Positions 62,935 through 64,000 of a DNA stretch of 64,000 nucleotides are shown in pieces. The notes under the pieces are model-generated. The model ran no database searches, was not told the origin of the DNA, and saw only the letters and a list, made by a program, of their open reading frames with translations. The first letter of the stretch is position 1. Each line of letters opens with the position of its first letter. Both the position numbers and the translations under genes were made by a program. Location of the stretch: the IMG/VR virus record IMGVR_UViG_3300042309_002578, positions 74,384 through 138,383 of that record; one strand, given 5' to 3'. The stretch comes from a virus.

Positions 62935-63198
62935 ATGCAAATAGCAAGCAAAGAAGATTACCCAAACGCTCAATGGGTAGAAACCCCGTTTAAAATCGGC
63001 ACTAGAGGCGGCATGGACTTATATTATCTGGGAAAAGACACAGTTGATAGAGATAATTTGGTCGCCACACGCTACAACAATAGTGAGCCATTAGAGCCAG
63101 TTGATTTAGGTAGTTTATTAAAGTGGTCACAAGAACCAATTACTATTGATAAACAGCACGAAAAACTGCTATCAATGAATATTGATCAAGAGATTTAG
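62935..63198 (+). CDS. Small hypothetical protein
   Basis: 87 aa, followed by a 42-bp palindrome. Confidence 0.65.
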   Translation: MQIASKEDYPNAQWVETPFKIGTRGGMDLYYLGKDTVDRDNLVATRYNNSEPLEPVDLGSLLKWSQEPITIDKQHEKLLSMNIDQEI

Positions 63199-63238
63199 TA
63201 ATCAATTGGTATAGTAATTACTATACCAATTGATTACT
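63197..63238. repeat. Perfect 42-bp palindrome
   Basis: AGTAATCAATTGGTATAGTAA|TTACTATACCAATTGATTACT. Confidence 0.85.
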
Positions 63239-63262
63239 CGTTTAAGTACGTTATAAATTATT

Positions 63263-64000
63263 ATGAAAAACACAATTACACACAATACAATTACCAAAAA
63301 ATATGACTCTTTAGGTAGCGAGTCTGATAAATCAAGATTTATGCAAATGATGGTCTACGAAATTGTAGACGAGAATTATGGGAGCAAAATAGAGAATTTT
63401 AATATTTTAAAAAATCCCAACCCTGGATACATAATATCCGGGATTTTTCAAACGCCGCGCATGGGTGGCAAAAAGCTAATAATGGGTTTTGATATTAGCA
63501 AAGATAAAATTGTCCTAACACCCAAAAACAGAGAGGTTTTAACCTATTCTGAACAAGACGTAGTGTATATTGCGTCTTTGCAAATAGCACTTTATTTATC
63601 CGAGAAAGTTAACTATTTACCATTGGAATTTTTTAACTTTGCTCAAACACAAATGAATTGCTCAAAAGGCTGGTCTTGTAGGGGTCCAAATGGTTACGCG
63701 TGTTTGGCACAAAGCAAGAAAAACTGCAACGTCCAACTAGATACCGTACACAAAACTTATTCTGGATGGCTTGCAGATAAAATATCAAGCGGGACTAAAT
63801 TACACAACACGCTGTCCTTCATAGCAAATAGAGCTAAATCAACACCCACAGCAACATCTACAGCAGCACCAGCAGCTAAATCAACACCCACAGCAACATC
63901 TACAGCAGCACCAGCAGCTAAATCAACACCCACAGCAACATCTACAGCAGCACCAGCAGCTAAATCAACACCCACAGCAACATCTACAGCAGCACCAGCA
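63263..64000 (+). CDS. Effector E (runs off the window, absent from the ORF track): shared leader + Cys4 motif + 14-aa linker repeats
   Basis: MKNTITHN..VDENYGSKIENF..FFNFAQTQMNCSKGWSCRGPNGYACL..KKNC, then AKSTPTATSTAAPA repeats (42-bp unit). Confidence 0.9.
   Translation, partial: MKNTITHNTITKKYDSLGSESDKSRFMQMMVYEIVDENYGSKIENFNILKNPNPGYIISGIFQTPRMGGKKLIMGFDISKDKIVLTPKNREVLTYSEQDVVYIASLQIALYLSEKVNYLPLEFFNFAQTQMNCSKGWSCRGPNGYACLAQSKKNCNVQLDTVHKTYSGWLADKISSGTKLHNTLSFIANRAKSTPTATSTAAPAAKSTPTATSTAAPAAKSTPTATSTAAPAAKSTPTATSTAAPA

Noticed and set aside
63197-63238. Protelomerase (telRL) site
   Set aside because: No protelomerase in the window, and the palindrome sits right after a stop codon like the other hairpins.
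51773-64000. Diversity-generating retroelement or MuF toxin system as the explanation for the paralogs
   Set aside because: No reverse transcriptase or adenine-specific TR/VR pair, and the shared leader lacks recognisable MuF motifs.

Overview
This AT-rich window is part of a large contractile-tailed phage or prophage of a cyanobacterium. The host is inferred from about 25-30 HIP1 GCGATCGC sites, cyanobacterial-type tmk and dnaE, and IS200/IS605-type ends. Left to right it holds a baseplate-hub/lysin gene, an early region of small genes behind a repeated sigma70-type promoter, and a ~158-bp tandem array linked to a dispersed promoter/operator element. It then has a C5 methyltransferase, a RuvC-like resolvase, a candidate ~470-nt structured ncRNA, an IS-disrupted tmk/parA junction, unsplit dnaE, a Dam-like methyltransferase and dnaX. 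Tail fibre and baseplate genes, a ClpP-like gene and a Mu-like head-tail module follow. The main novelty lies in the tail operon (51.8-64 kb): at least five paralogous genes share an N-terminal module, a Cys4 motif and a Pro/Thr repeat linker, with swapped C-terminal enzyme domains (ADP-ribosyltransferases, a kinase, DUF3626-like). I infer a polymorphic, possibly virion-packaged effector system. All family assignments are motif recognition by eye; no searches were run. Terminase and tape measure were not seen.
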